A stretch of 64,000 nt of DNA. It comes from Octopus vulgaris. Lineage: Eukaryota. The notes below the pieces were generated by a model that was given only the letters and a program-made list of their open reading frames with translations, made no database searches and had not been told where the DNA came from. The stretch covers positions 30,318,001 to 30,382,000 of the forward strand of contig OX597823.1 of the NCBI GenBank assembly GCA_951406725.2, given 5' to 3'. Position 1 is the stretch's first letter. Every line of letters begins with the position of its first letter. Both the position numbers and the translations under genes were made by a program. Shown here piece by piece: positions 1-14,150 of the stretch.

Positions 1-74
1 ACAAAACATTAGATCGCTGTGGAATAATGAAGGAAACGAATACCTAGGAATTGTGCAAAATCTTTTCTACTCTA

Positions 75-490
75 GGCACGAGGTCCGAAATTTTGGGGGA
101 GGGGGAGTCGATTAGATCGACCCCAGGACGTAACTGGTACTTAATTCATCGGTCCCGAAAGGATGAAACGCAAAGTCGCCCTCGGCGGAATTTGAACTCA
201 GAACGTAAAGACAGACGAAATACCGCTAAGCATTTCGCCCGGCGTGCTAATGTTTCTTATTTATTTATTGCCTACATGAGGCTAAACATAGACGGGACAA
301 ACAAGGACAGACAAACGGATTAAGTTGATTATATCGACCCCAGTGCGTAACAGGTACTTATTTAATCGAACCCGAAAGGATGAAAGGCAAAGTCGACCTC
401 GGCAGAATTTGAACTCAGAACGTAACAGCAGACGAAATGCCGCTAAGCATTTCGCCCGGCGTGCTAACGATTCTGCCAGCTCGCCACCTT
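75..490 (-). mobile_element. tRNA-derived SINE family A, tandem/nested copies
   Basis: Reverse complement begins aaggtggcgagctggcagaa (A-box-like), has B-box gagttcaaattc, then gtcgactttgcctttcatcctttcggg...aagtacc; family recurs many times in the window. Confidence 0.85.
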
Positions 491-504
491 AAAATAATAG
501 GATA

Positions 505-762
505 ATGGATGGAGAAACGAAAGAGAAAATCACTAAAGAGTTCAAGAGGAGAATAAGGAATTAGGAATTAGGAAACAAAATTAAATGAAGAGAATATCAT
601 TTAAGCAATAAATACATGGCTTATGCCCCAATATTGAGACTTTCTGATCCCTTCCTAAAATAAACAGAAACCGAGCTACAGAACTTGAACGCAACTGGAA
701 AACTGCTCACAAAGATTTCGGGAGACTAACTGCTACCAAACCTCAAGATAACATTCCAAGCT
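505..762 (+). mobile_element. Degenerate R4/Dong-like LINE fragment (post-RT region)
   Basis: Frameshifted translation KEKITKEFKRRIR..ETKLNEENII*AINTW..ETELQNL..KLLT, typical of RLE-class non-LTR elements. Confidence 0.6.
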
Positions 763-803
763 TCATGATGATGATGATGATGATGATGATGACGACAATG
801 ATA

Positions 804-840
<37 letters not shown>

Positions 841-1284
841 CGACGACGATGTACCCAATGATTATGATGAGGAGGAGGAAGAGGAAGATGAGGAAGGGGA
901 TGTCGGTGACAACAACGACGATGATGATGCTGATGATAATAATAACAACAATAACAATTCCACTTAACTTAATTAGAACACATAACTGTTCCGTTATGAT
1001 CAAAACATTTGCCGGCCCTCGCACACACACACACACACTCACTCTCACACACACACACACATATACATACACATACATAAGTACATATATAACTGGGTAC
1101 ATACTTACCTATAAAGCATTTGCACGCAGATACTATAGGCGAATCATAAGCATATACATGCATAAATACACACACACATACACAAACACATACACACATA
1201 TGTATGTAATATGTATGATGCATGTGTATGCGTGTGCGTACACACACACATCCCCCCTCTCTCTCTCTCTCTCTCTTTCTCTTT

Positions 1285-1417
1285 TTGCTTACCAGCCACA
1301 CGGTTCTGGGTTCAGTTCCACTGCGTGACACCTTGGGCAAGTGTCTTCTACTATAGCCTCGGGCCGATCAAAGCCTTGTGAGTGGATTTGGTAGACGGAA
1401 ACTGAAAGACGCCTGTC

Positions 1418-1485
<68 letters not shown>

Positions 1486-1680
1486 TTGTCCCCCACCCAT
1501 CGCTTGACAAGCGATGTGTTTACATCTCCGTAACTTAGCATGTCGGCGAAACAGAATGATAGCATATAAGTACCAGGTTTACAAAGAATAAGTCCTGGGG
1601 TCGATTTGTTCGACTTAAGGCGGTGCTCCAGCATGGCCGCAGTCAAATGACTGAAACAAATAAAAGAATAAAAGAATAAA
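1285..1680 (+). mobile_element. tRNA-derived SINE family B with internal microsatellite
   Basis: gggttcagttcca B-box-like, ccttgggcaagtgtctt (resembles CORE-SINE domain start), internal (TG)n, tail gcatggccgcagtcaaatgactgaaac(aataaaag)n. Confidence 0.85.
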
Positions 1681-1713
1681 TTTATATATATATATATTTA
1701 TTTATAGAGAGAC

Positions 1714-1744
<31 letters not shown>

Positions 1745-2059
1745 GACAGACAGAGAGAAAGAGATAGAGATATGTAGACAACCATTCAGGCAGGCAGGCA
1801 AGCAGGCAGACAGATAGATAAACATTATACACAGTCATATATTCATATCTGTATCTATATAGATGTGTATGTACGTGTATGTGTATATGTATGTGTGTGT
1901 GTGTGTGTGTTTGTACTTCATTTATGCCCCATATGTTACGCAAGCATCTACGCATTCAACCAGTAAATGCAACGCCTACACACTGTTTCTTTAAGTTTCC
2001 TTTCGATGTGACCTGCCACGCTGACAAGTACCCGTGTACCATGTAGATGCGTGTTCATA

Positions 2060-2130
<71 letters not shown>

Positions 2131-2224
2131 ATATTATATACATACATATGTATACACCACATACATATATATACATATATATTATATATTATGTATATAT
2201 TATATACATACATATGTATACACC

Positions 2225-2356
<132 letters not shown>

Positions 2357-2871
2357 GCAGGCGGCTATGAGTACATATGTGTGTGTGTGTGTGAGTGTGT
2401 GTGTGTATGCATAGCAATTGCGAATTCTTTCCTCATCGTCAACACACACACACACAGGCACACACAGGCGCGCACACACACACACAGAGGCACACACAGG
2501 CACACACACATACACACTGGTCCGCTAGCACGAATTCATATCCAATCTAAATACAGAAGGAGGCTTTTGAGAACAATTACTCGGAATTTAAGATTTGTTA
2601 CTGAGCTTTTCCGTGAGAAATAGCTTCAATCTGTTCGCTCTTACGCTCTGATTCCCAAACTGGCATTGAAAATGGACGAATAAGCGTCTTTATTGATGTA
2701 ATTGTTGTTGTTGCAGTTGCTGTTGTTATTGTTGTAGATCGCTATGTTTGATGTTGTTATTTCAATCTCTGATGTTCTCGGGAGAACCCAAGTCCTATTA
2801 ATTTGTTGAAAGGCTTCTTTAGTTTTCCAACACCCCACCCACCCATACACACACATATACACACACACACA

Positions 2872-2922
<51 letters not shown>

Positions 2923-3161
2923 CCTATTTATCTATCTTTCTCTATCTCTTTATTTTTATCTGTATGTATCTCTTACTCTCTCTCTCTATCACACTCTCTC
3001 TCTCTCTGTCCATTCTCTTTCTCTGTCCATTCTCTCTCTATCTACTCTCTCTCTGTCCACTCTCTCTCTCTCTCGTAGTCTTACTCCCTCTTTCTCTTTT
3101 CCTCACTCTCAGTCTTTCTCCCTCTCTTTCTAGCTCTCTCTCTTACCCTATCTATCTATCC

Positions 3162-3241
<80 letters not shown>

Positions 3242-3435
3242 CTATATCTTTATTTTTATCTGTATGTATCTCTTACTCTCTCACCCTCTTTATTTCTCTA
3301 TTTCTCACTCTCTCTCACACACACACATACATACACACTCACACAAACACGCACACGTGTGTCGTAAATGTAAAGAAAATCCGACTTCCAGCAGATATAA
3401 TGATGTGGCAACAGATTACATAGAACAAGCGTCTT

Positions 3436-3857
3436 ACCACCACAACCACCACCCCGACCACAACCACCACCACCACTACCACCACAATGACCACCACCAC
3501 TACCACCAAAACCACTACCATCACCACCACAACCACCACCACCACTACCACCACTACCACCACCACTACCACGACGTCCACAACCACCACCGCAACCACC
3601 ATTGCCGCTACTTTCACCACTACTACAACCACCACTGCTACAACCACTACCACCACCACCACCACCACAACCACCACTACCACAACCACCACCATCACTA
3701 GAACCATTACAACAATAACCATCACAACCACTATCATCAGCACCACAACAACCATCACCACAACCACCACTACCATTACCACCACTACCACCACAACCAC
3801 AACCAACACCACCACAACCAACACCACCACCACTGCCATCACTACTATCATCATCAT
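3436..3857. repeat. Imperfect (CAC/CAA/TAC)n trinucleotide tract
   Basis: Directly visible low-complexity repeat. Confidence 0.9.
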
Positions 3858-4019
3858 TGCCTCAGCGTACCCCCGCCTCTTCGACCTCGCTGAGGCCATG
3901 CTTCGTGGAACTTATCACCAATGCCATCAACAGACGAGATAAGATTGTCCCCCGCTGCCACCGCCGCCGCCCCCGCACTCTATTTCTCCTGCAACATTTC
4001 GCTTTCAAAAGAATATTTT

Positions 4020-4477
4020 TTCTTTACTGCACACACAAGGGGCTAAACACAGAGGAGACAAGCAGGGACAGACAAAGGGATTAAGTCGATTACATCGACC
4101 CCCACTGCGTAATTGGTACTTAATTTATCGACCCCGAAAGGATGAAAGGCAACGTCGACCTCGGCGGAATTTGAACTCGGAACGTAACTATTTCTGCTAT
4201 AGGCACAAGGCCTGAAATTTTGGTGGTAGTCGATCGCATCGTCCCCAGTACTCAACTGGTACTTAATTTATCGACCTCGAAAGGATGAACGGTAAAGTCG
4301 ACCTCGGCGGAATTTGAACTCAGAACGCAGCGGCAGACGAAACACCGCTAAGCATTTCACCTGACGTGTGCTAACGATTCTGCCAGCTCGCCGCCTTGAA
4401 CTTGGAACGTAACGACAGACGAAATACGGCTACGCATTTCGCCCGGCGTGCTAACGTTTCTGCCAGCTCGCCGCCTT
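4020..4477 (-). mobile_element. SINE family A cluster
   Basis: Multiple copies of the motif seen at 75..490. Confidence 0.85.
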
Positions 4478-4930
4478 CGCTTTCAGAAGAATATCCATAC
4501 ACATACCATTCTTGCTTGCTTCTTATTTGTTTCAGTCATTTTGACTGTGGTCATGCTGGAGCATTATCTTTCCGTCGAAGAAATCGGCACCAGAACTTAT
4601 TCCTTGTAAGCCTGATACTTATTCTATCGGTCTCTGTTGCCGAACCGCTAAGTGACGGGGACGTAAACGCGCCAACATCGGTTGGGAAGTGATGGTGGGG
4701 GGACGCAAAATATATATATATATATATACTACAAAATTAGAGAATGGAGAAACATACTTAAATCAGTAAAACATCAACTATCCGATGATACTCAATCCAT
4801 ACTTTAATACACCATTACATATGAGTAAAGGCAATATATAAAATGAAATGAGATATACAGTAATAGTAAGAGTAAAAAGATAAAGAGATATAAGTAAAAA
4901 ATTTCAAATATAATATGCAAATAAATCAAA

Positions 4931-5044
4931 ACTGACAGCTGTTTCGGCAGTGAGGACAGTCATACCTCATTTAACCTATAAGCCATAAAGGCAGGTATAA
5001 ATGAGGCATTAACAAGGATGCCCCACGGCCTCTTCAGAGAATTA
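4931..5044 (-). ncRNA. Hammerhead-like motif, type I, with long stem II
   Basis: Minus strand: CUGAAGA-GGC..(~85-nt hairpin incl. 12-bp AUGCCUCAUUUA/UAAAUGAGGUAU)..GCC-GAAA-CAGCUG-UC; palindromic stem III; stem I weak (2 proximal pairs). Confidence 0.6.
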
Positions 5045-5379
5045 AATTAAATTTGTTATAATAGTGAAAAATATTATATAATCATATACATATAAATATA
5101 AAAATATAAAAATGTAAAATATAAAAACTTATACATCATAATGCTACACTTATATAATATAATACACATTTGTACAAAAAGGAAGGTAAACAGAACAAAA
5201 TAAAACAAAATATATAACAGTGTATATATTAATATTAATAAGTACCGATATTATACATATTTGGCTAATAGTTTTTTTTATAAAAAAAAGGGCTAACACA
5301 TATGGAGATGAAAAATAATAATTAAATCCGTGGTACAGTTCATAAAATTCTAAAGCTATAAAAGTTAATAAAAATTACT

Positions 5380-5458
<79 letters not shown>

Positions 5459-5570
5459 TAATAAAAATAGATACAGTTAAGTTAGCACCAAGTCCATCCT
5501 TTCAAGATCGAAATAACTATGAGTTAAGAAATGCTGACCACTAGGTAAAGAAAATTTAGATTAATTCGAT

Positions 5571-5601
<31 letters not shown>

Positions 5602-5604
5602 ATA

Positions 5605-5663
<59 letters not shown>

Positions 5664-6083
5664 CGAGTTTCTTTCAGTTTCCGTCTACCAAATCCACTCA
5701 CAAGGTTTTGGTCAGCCTGAGGCTATAGTAGAAGACGCCCAAGTTGCCACGCAGTTGGACTGAACCCGGAACCATGTGGTTGGTAAGCAATCCTCTTACC
5801 ACATAGCCACTCCTGCGCTTATGTGTGTGCGTGTGTGCGTGCGCGCGCGCGTGTATACGTATAAAGAGGAACACATAGAATGCATGCATATACGTATGGC
5901 ATTATTGATGTTGTTGTAGTTGTTGGTAGGGCGGACAAAATGCCTAGCGTTATTTCTTCCGGCTTTTGTTCTGAATTCAAATTCCGTCAAGATCGACTTT
6001 GCCTTTCATCCTTTCAGGTTCGATGAAATAAAGTACCAGCAGATCACCTAAATTGCTGGCCTTGAGCCAAAATTCGACACCAC

Positions 6084-6138
<55 letters not shown>

Positions 6139-6621
6139 GAGTAGTTTTATTTTTATAGCGTGCTTTCACTTCACTATCGAGCGCAGCTCTGTGTGCCTTG
6201 GGTATGTGCTGTGATTTGTTGTGATGCTCTGATTGTTATTGTATGGAAAGTGTTCTGCGTAGGATGTGTGCAGTGCCTAGAAGTGCAATTTTCTGCATGT
6301 TACATGTGTTTGTAATTCCTGGTGTTTTTGTTATGTATTTGTCTGAATATTTTTTTATCATGCCTAATGCACCTACTATGATAGGAATTGTTTCTGTTTT
6401 TAGATTCCACATTCTGGTTACCTCTATTTCCAGGTCTTTGTATTTTGAAAGTTTCTCCATTTCTTTTAGAGTCACGTTGTCATCTGCAGGTATTGATACA
6501 TCAATTAGAAAGCATCTTTTTTCTTCATGATCTCTGACAACTATATCTGGTCTGTTGGCCTTAATTTCTCTATCTGTGTGTATCGGCATATCCCAGAGTA
6601 TGGTTGCTTTCTCGTTTTCTG
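6139..6621 (-). mobile_element. 5'-truncated R4/Dong-like LINE: RLE endonuclease C-terminus + 3' UTR
   Basis: ORF 6236..6589 ANRPDIVV..FLIDVSIPAD..EKLSKYKDL..PIIVGALG (PD..D RLE motif); (TAA)n on both sides. Confidence 0.9.
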
Positions 6622-6642
6622 TATTATTATTATTATTATTAT

Positions 6643-6716
<74 letters not shown>

Positions 6717-6724
6717 TTTGTTTG

Positions 6725-7075
6725 ACTCAGGCTTGGTCTTATTCCTGCTAGGATTTATGTGGGTAACCTTAGATGTCCACAAGTTTTCAGCAGTCTTTCA
6801 AGTGCTTAGAGCCCTCCTAATAACCCTAGCTGTCCCTAACAGACAAACGTTAGCAGGAGCTTTACAGGGAATACCATTCCAATTTCCATCAGCCATTTGT
6901 CTATATCTTTGCTTACTGTTCCCAACAAAACAATCATCTTAGACAACACGATCTTAACAGTTCTCACGTGCCTAATTCTTCCTATTTCAAATTTAAGGGA
7001 TTGTATGTTTTGTTATGATCCAGTATAGTTTTTCTTTCTCATTTAAGGTTATGTCTGGATTCTTATTCTCTATCT
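6725..7075 (-). mobile_element. Older degenerate RLE-type LINE C-terminal fragment
   Basis: NKNPDITL..IVLLGTVSKDIDKWLMEIG resembles RLE C-terminus; stops present. Confidence 0.5.
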
Positions 7076-8590
7076 CATTGTCGGCTCTTCCTTCCCGTTT
7101 CAAGGAAGAAGGCGCGACAACATTCACGATAGATTCGGTTGATAAACTGACTCGTCCCACACTGCGATAGCAGTCGTTCGACATGGGCCCACAAGTCAGA
7201 AATGGTTGGACATTGTAAGAGTGCGCGTAGAACGGTTTCGTCGCTCTGACCACATCTCGGCAGGTCGGCCCCGTGTTTCTCGAGCCATGTCTGTAGAGCT
7301 TATCCCGAACGGGTGGCGCTTCTCGATAACACTGCCAGCCCAAGGATCTCTGGAAGTTGTCCATAGGTACCGGCCCGAAAGTTGTCTTGAACAGGCGGGG
7401 CAGGTATTTCTCGTCGACGCCCAGGTTCGCTCCCAGATCGTCGTCGCACCTCTCCTCCACTAATCCCCTATAGAATGCTTAGGTTGTGTTGAAGTCGATC
7501 ATGGTCGACCCGGGACGGCATAGTCGCTTGAGAGCAACGCGACACTCGCGGCGCCATTCGCCCTTCCTCGGCCTCTTTTTGATCCACGACTGCAGTTCGG
7601 TCATGGAGACGAGCTGCGGGAAATCGCGCCTCAAAAACGGCGACTACACCTGTTTACCGTCGTCTACGTAGAGCTGGAGGAGTAGCAGTCTCAGCGCGTG
7701 TCTGCCCATCATCAACCACAGCATGCGCAGCCCTCCTTTTAACGGGTGTTGGCAGCAAACGGATCCCCTGACCATCGGAGCGCATCCTTTCCACAAGGAG
7801 CGAAGAGAATGCGTTCTAGTTTGGTGATGGTAGGGTCGGGACAAGGCACAACGGTCAGGCGGTGGTAGATGACGGAAGCGATGTGCGTGATCGCCACTTC
7901 CAGCCGACCTTTTAGGGACAGCTTCCTCTCGGCCAATTGGTGGGCGAGAGTGACCACCCTACTCGTTATCTCGTTCCAGTTCTTCTCCGTTTGGAGGTCC
8001 GGACCAAACCAGACACCGAGCAACTCGACCGGACCGTCGGTCCAGCGTCCCGTGACGGATGCTCTGGTGGACGGCATGGGCTTGCTTCTCCAGGTGCCGA
8101 GCCGCAAGCCCACTGACATTTCCCGGTTGACTTTCGCTCCTGTGACCGCTTCGTAGTCTTTCAGTGTCTCGCCGACCCGCTCGATGTGCTTCTGGCTAGA
8201 TACTATGCCGATGACGTCGTCCGCCTATGCAGACACGCTCGTCCCGCATCCCAATTCTCGCGGAATGCTCCTCAGCGTCGCCAGCTTCCGCAGTAGTGGC
8301 TCGAGAATCGATACGTATAGAAGCGACGAGAGGGGGCATACTTGACGACCCGAACGTGCAACGTCTTGATAGATGTCTATTTACGCGAATTACCGAACGG
8401 ATGCCTCTGTACAAAGCAGCTATCCAACCACGGAAGACGAGACCGAGGCCAGCCGCTCTGAGGACAGCCTCCAAGTATCTAGGGTCTACCCTATCGAAAG
8501 CTTTGGATTGATCCAAATTCATCAGGGCCACACCCATGCCGGGTTCCTTAACTATCCTGTCTATGATGTAGCGCATCAGATGGAGGTTGT
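7076..8590 (-). mobile_element. Degenerate L1/Tx1-like LINE reverse transcriptase fragment
   Basis: LDQSKAFDRVD, A*ADDV (mutated YADD), VELLGVWF..W..RKLSLKGR, GGL; GC-rich, frameshifted. Confidence 0.85.
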
Positions 8591-8690
8591 CATGGATACA
8601 TACCTATATACATCCATCCATGCATACATACATACGTACATACACACATAAATACATACATCCACGAGCACACACCCATATACACATACG

Positions 8691-8754
<64 letters not shown>

Positions 8755-8920
8755 CTTATACATACATATATACATACATACATACATACATACATACATA
8801 CATGCATGCATGCATGTATGCATACATGCATACATACATACATACATGCATGCATGCATGCATACATACATACATACATACATACATACATACATACATA
8901 CATACATACATACATACATA

Positions 8921-9080
8921 GGCAATCTTTATATCCAACTTAACGTGGATGTTTTGTTAGATCATCAAATACTGCATTTATTTACCTGGAGAGGTCTTCT
9001 CATGTGGACGATGATTGATGCTTAAAAGCGCCACGGCGTTCTAACAAAACATCCATTTTAAGATGGATATGAAGATTGCC
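8921..9080. repeat. 160-bp fold-back / MITE-like element with 41-bp inverted arms
   Basis: 8921..8961 vs reverse complement of 9040..9080: 37/41 identical by eye. Confidence 0.8.
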
Positions 9081-9542
9081 ATTTGATATGAATACCGCTT
9101 TTGTCGCAATTAATTATACGCACATACATACTATGCATGTGATCACTGGCGTGGGAGGACGTGCGCGTGATGATACGTGAGAATTAGGTTATAAATCTGG
9201 GACCGTTGACTCCTTTCAGTGGGAACATATGAAATAGGGAGCGGAAAAAAAAGATGAGAAGTCTTGAATGTGTGAATGTATTGAGATTCACGTAACAAAA
9301 GAATCATTTAGATGTGATCCCTAATGAATAAATATTCAAAACAAACGAATAACAACTTGTTATATTCTATGAATTAAACACGCTGATATATATATATATA
9401 TATACGCACACGCTTACATACATATACGCATATATATACATGTTTAGACATATATAGATGTATATACGTATAAAAATACATGTACATATCTAGGTATGTG
9501 TCTGAATATATATCATCATGATCTTCAATCATCTTTAAATGC

Positions 9543-9575
<33 letters not shown>

Positions 9576-10102
9576 CGCGCGTGCGTGTGTGATAATACGT
9601 ATACATGTTATGTACAGACACACACAGAGACGTATGAGTACATATAGAATTACATATTAGATACATACAGATACATTAATCTCACATACATGCATGCATA
9701 CATACATGCATTCGTACATACACACAGGAAGGCAGACGCACTGACACACATGCATACATACATGCACGCATACATACATACGCCTACATACACAAATACA
9801 TGCATGCATGCATACATAGTACGTACAATCGATCAATGAACAGTGAAAAAAATCTTAAAACATTTCAGGGATTCTTCATTTGAGGCTCCATGGTGAGCAC
9901 ATTGCGTGCGATCACACACTCACACATACATACACTTATGGAATACTTACACACTCGTGCATACGAATAGTAAACATACAAGCTTGTGTTCTGTTATAAC
10001 ACGCACACCTACGAATGCGATTTCATCCACACGCATATATAGGCACACACATATATATATATAAAATAAACGAAATCAGATTAACACAAACCCCATGAAC
10101 TG

Positions 10103-10192
<90 letters not shown>

Positions 10193-10193
<1 letters not shown>

Positions 10194-10461
10194 GGCGCAT
10201 GGCTCAGTAGTTAGACCGTCGAGGTTACGATGCAAGACACTTTATTTCACGTTGCTCCAGTTAACTCACCTGTAGAAATGAGTTGCGACATCACTGGTGC
10301 CAAGCTGTATCGGCCCCTTTGCCTTTCCCTTGGATAACATCAGTCGCTGGTATGCATGGCCAACTGCTGGCCTTCTGCAAACAACCTTGCCCAGGCTTGT
10401 GCCTCGGAGGGTAACTTTCTAGGTGCAACACCATGGTCATTCATGACCGAAGGGGGTCTCC

Positions 10462-10462
<1 letters not shown>
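10193..10462 (+). mobile_element. tRNA-derived SINE (additional family)
   Basis: A-box-like tggctcagtagtt head, body ttatttcacgttgctccagt.., embedded in (TG)n. Confidence 0.6.
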
Positions 10463-10527
<65 letters not shown>

Positions 10528-10638
10528 TATGCATGCCAGTATGCATGTATGTATGCATGTATGTATGTATGTAGATGAGTGTGTTTGCTTTACATTATAC
10601 CGAAGGTATTTTACGTCATATATGTCGAGTTTTTTTTT

Positions 10639-10990
10639 AAGGTAGCGAGCTGGCAGAAACGTTAGCACGCCAGGCGAAATCCGTAGCCGTATTTTGTCTG
10701 CCGCTACGTTCTGAGTTCCAATTCCGCTGAGGTCGACTTTGCCTTTCGGGGTCGATTAAATAAGTATCAGTTACGCACTGGGGTCGATATAATCGATTTA
10801 ATTTACTTTGTCTGTCCTTGTTTGTCCTCTGTGTGTTTAGCTCCTTATGGGTAGTAAAGAAATAGGTATTTCGTCTGTCTGTCTTTACGTTCTGAGTTCA
10901 AATTCCGCCGAGGTTCACTTTGCCCTTCATCCTTTCGGGGTCGATAAGTTAAGTACCAGTTGCGTACTGGGGTCGATCTAATTTTGGGCC
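10639..10990 (+). mobile_element. SINE family A
   Basis: aaggtagcgagctggcagaaacgttagcac head plus family body. Confidence 0.85.
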
Positions 10991-11029
10991 TTGTATTTGC
11001 GTCTTTCTTTTATGGATTTGATTATGCAT

Positions 11030-11080
<51 letters not shown>

Positions 11081-11471
11081 TTTGTCTGTTATTTACAGAA
11101 TACTTATTCTGTTCGGGATTGTTTCTGTTTCCAATTTCCATGTTCTGCTTATCTCTTTTTCAAGATCTATGCATTTAGATAATTTCTCTGTTTCTCAATA
11201 TATCTATATTTTCATCTGTTTGTGATTCATATTTCAATTCCTGAAATATTTCTTTTGCTGATAATGTTTGACAAAAATAATATGATGTCGATTTTCATTA
11301 ATCTCCTTGACTATGTCAGTTAGCATGTCCCATGATATAGCCACACACACACACACACATATAAATCTGTTTGGTTGTGAGTATACTCGAAGAAATGTAA
11401 GTATATATACAGGGTGTCCCCCCCAAAATTGACATATATTGTCTGAATCTTATAATGTTAATTACCCATCA

Positions 11472-11565
11472 CGGCTGGTCTTACCAATCGGTTTCGCGTG
11501 GAATTATATATTGGAGTGTTAGGCAACAAACCAGTTAAATAACAAACGCTCGTCAGAGATAGCCG
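11472..11565 (-). ncRNA. Type I hammerhead ribozyme, intact core
   Basis: Minus strand CGGCUAUCU-CUGACGA-GCGU..ACGC-GAAA-CCGAUUGG-UA^AGACCAGCCG; stems I, II, III all pair; predicted cut between 11482 and 11481. Confidence 0.75.
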
Positions 11566-12073
11566 ACATGGAAGAGGAAATGGCGACCGCTCTCCACTGT
11601 TGGAGGTAGAAATATGCATAACCGTAGAATGAAAAAAGTTGCAGGGAAGTCAGTGGTGAGTTATGTCCCTTGGTTAAGTTTGCTGTCTGAGTTGACAAAA
11701 AGAAATTTTGAAGTGGGGAAAGGTTGTATTAAAATTGTGTGGGGTGCGTGTAAAGGATAAAGATGTGTGTGTGTGTTTTATATATTGCCGTGTGGTGGAA
11801 AGTGTAATGTGTGATGTATAATGTAATGCATATCGTGTGTGTGTGTAAGTATACTGTATGTGTATGTGTGTGTGTGTGTAAGTGTACTGTGTGTGTAAGT
11901 GTACTGTGTGTGTTTTGGTTTGTTTATGTGGAGTACAATATGCCTGAGGATGTGTGTGTGCAGGGGTGGGGGCAGTTATCGGCGAGGTGCTTGTCTCATG
12001 TGTGTGTGTGTGTTTGTATAGATAGGTATATTGGTGTGTGTCTTGTTCAATCTCTTTAAGCCAGCCCAAAGCA

Positions 12074-12112
<39 letters not shown>

Positions 12113-12126
12113 ATGTATTTTTTTTT

Positions 12127-12167
<41 letters not shown>

Positions 12168-12188
12168 ATATATATATGTGTGTGTATG

Positions 12189-12251
<63 letters not shown>

Positions 12252-12859
12252 ACGCATATATATATATATATCATTGCTATTATATTAAACTGTCGTATGT
12301 CCAAATTTGGCCAAATGTGCTTTTTTTAATATTTACTTCTGCTTGCGATAGCCGATTCTTTCGGTCAAACTATCGTATCTCTAGCTGCTTCAGATGCCAA
12401 GATTTGAAAATTGTCAAAGTGTAGTACAAAAGTTTGTCAAAAGTGTCGTAAGTCCCACATATGACTGTTCTGCAAAAAATATTTCTGACTGAAAATACCA
12501 AAGATGCATGTAGTTAGGATTTTATGCCCCCAACAGAGTATTATTGTTAAGCTGAAACTGTTGCTAATATAAAAAAGAAATGGAATGGTGAAACTATTTT
12601 TTCGTATTCTGAAGAAGCAACGACTTGGACTTACGACACTTTTGCTTAATAACAACGATATTTATATATATATATATACACGACAGCTTTCAGTTTCCGT
12701 CTACCAAATCCACTGACAAGGGTTTGTTCGACCCGAGGCTATAGTAGAATGCACTTACCCAAGGTGCCACACATTGGGACTGAACCCGGGACTCTGTGGT
12801 TGAGAAGAAAGCCTCTTACTACACAACCACGGCTAGGCTTGTATGTATATATATATGTG

Positions 12860-13065
12860 ATCTCTTGAGCACCACCAGCAAAAAATTTTTTTCCTCTGTC
12901 TTCCCTTCTCGGGATCTTTCCTTCTCCTTTGTTTCCGACGAAGAGCTCCGCTCGAAACGTTAAACCCTCCTTCCCTTCTTTCCTGAGCGTCAAATAATAC
13001 TTTAATTGTTCCACGTCCTCGCGTTGCTGTGGTTTTTTCTGTGTTTTCTTGTTTGGATTAACTAT
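12860..13065 (+). mobile_element. Short Penelope-pLTR-like repeat (family P1) with minimal hammerhead-like motif at 12931..12965
   Basis: GUUU-CCGACGA-A-GAGC(UCC)GCUC-GAAA-CG-UU-AAAC; related copies at ~21920..22015 (partial), 30200..30390 (-), 31318..31500 (-). Confidence 0.65.
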
Positions 13066-13599
13066 ATATATATATACACCCGCATAAATTTATACGCAGT
13101 ATATATGTCCATATGACATGCGGTCGTAGGGTTGTGTATATATTTTTATTGATAATTGGCCATATAAATATTTCACTGACAGCACCAACTAATCAAAATT
13201 AACAAGATTTCATAATGAGATAATAATTTATATCTTTCAAAGATACTTATAAGTCACAACGCTAATTGGATAAATGTATTGAAAATGAAGAGCAGCACGG
13301 AGAAAGTACAAAATCGTAAAATAAGGCTGCATTTCACAGTCCCTGGTGTTGCTCTTGCTGATGCTGTTATTGTTGTTGTTGTTGCTATTGTTTTTTAACC
13401 TCAGGTCTAGTGTTACTGATCAGGCATTTAATTAAAAGAACTCCACATATGGCGCTGCCCCAGCATGGCCACAGCTCGTGAGCTGAAACTAGATAAAATG
13501 GGAAAAAAATGAATGAAAAAAATTGAAAAAATATGAGACATGAGCATCCTGTTTTTCCATGCTTCTAGCTTTTATATGCATATGAAGAAAAAAATGGTT

Positions 13600-13900
13600 C
13601 TCCGTCGGTTACGACGACGAGGGCTCCAGTTGATACGATCAACGGAACAACCTGCTCGTGAACTTAACGTGCAAGTGGCTGACCACGCCACAGACACGTG
13701 TACCCTTAATGTAGTTCTCAGGGAGATTCAGCGTGACACAGAATGTGGCAAAGCTGGCCCTTTGAAATAAAGGTACAGCTGAGTAGACTGGAGCAACGTG
13801 AAATAAATTGTCTTGTTTAAGGACACAACGTGATGCCGGGAATCAAACTCACAACCTTACAACCGCGAGCTGAAAACCTTAACCGTTAAGCCATACCCTT
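13600..13900 (-). mobile_element. SINE related to the copy at 63080..63456
   Basis: Shares tail ..gggtacacgtgtctgtgg..cacgagcagg..cgtcgtcgtaaccgacggag in reverse complement. Confidence 0.75.
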
Positions 13901-13929
13901 TCACTTAACTTCTTAATATAAATTTGAGT

Positions 13930-14150
13930 AAGGCGGTGAACTGGCAGAAACGTTAGCACGCCGGGCGAAATACTTAGCGGTATTTTGTTTGCCTTTTCGT
14001 TCTGAATTCGAATTCCGCCGAAGTCGACTTTGCCTTTCCTAATTTCGGGGTCGATAAGTTAAGTACCAGTTGCGTACTGGGGATGATCTAATCGACTTCC
14101 CCCCACCCACCTTAAAAAATTTCGGTCCTTGTGCCTAGAGTAGAAAAGAA
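13930..14150 (+). mobile_element. SINE family A
   Basis: Family head and body motifs. Confidence 0.85.

Noticed and set aside
3487-3942. Thr-rich mucin-like ORF
   Set aside because: Derived from an imperfect (CAC)n tract open in several frames on both strands; no signal peptide or domain
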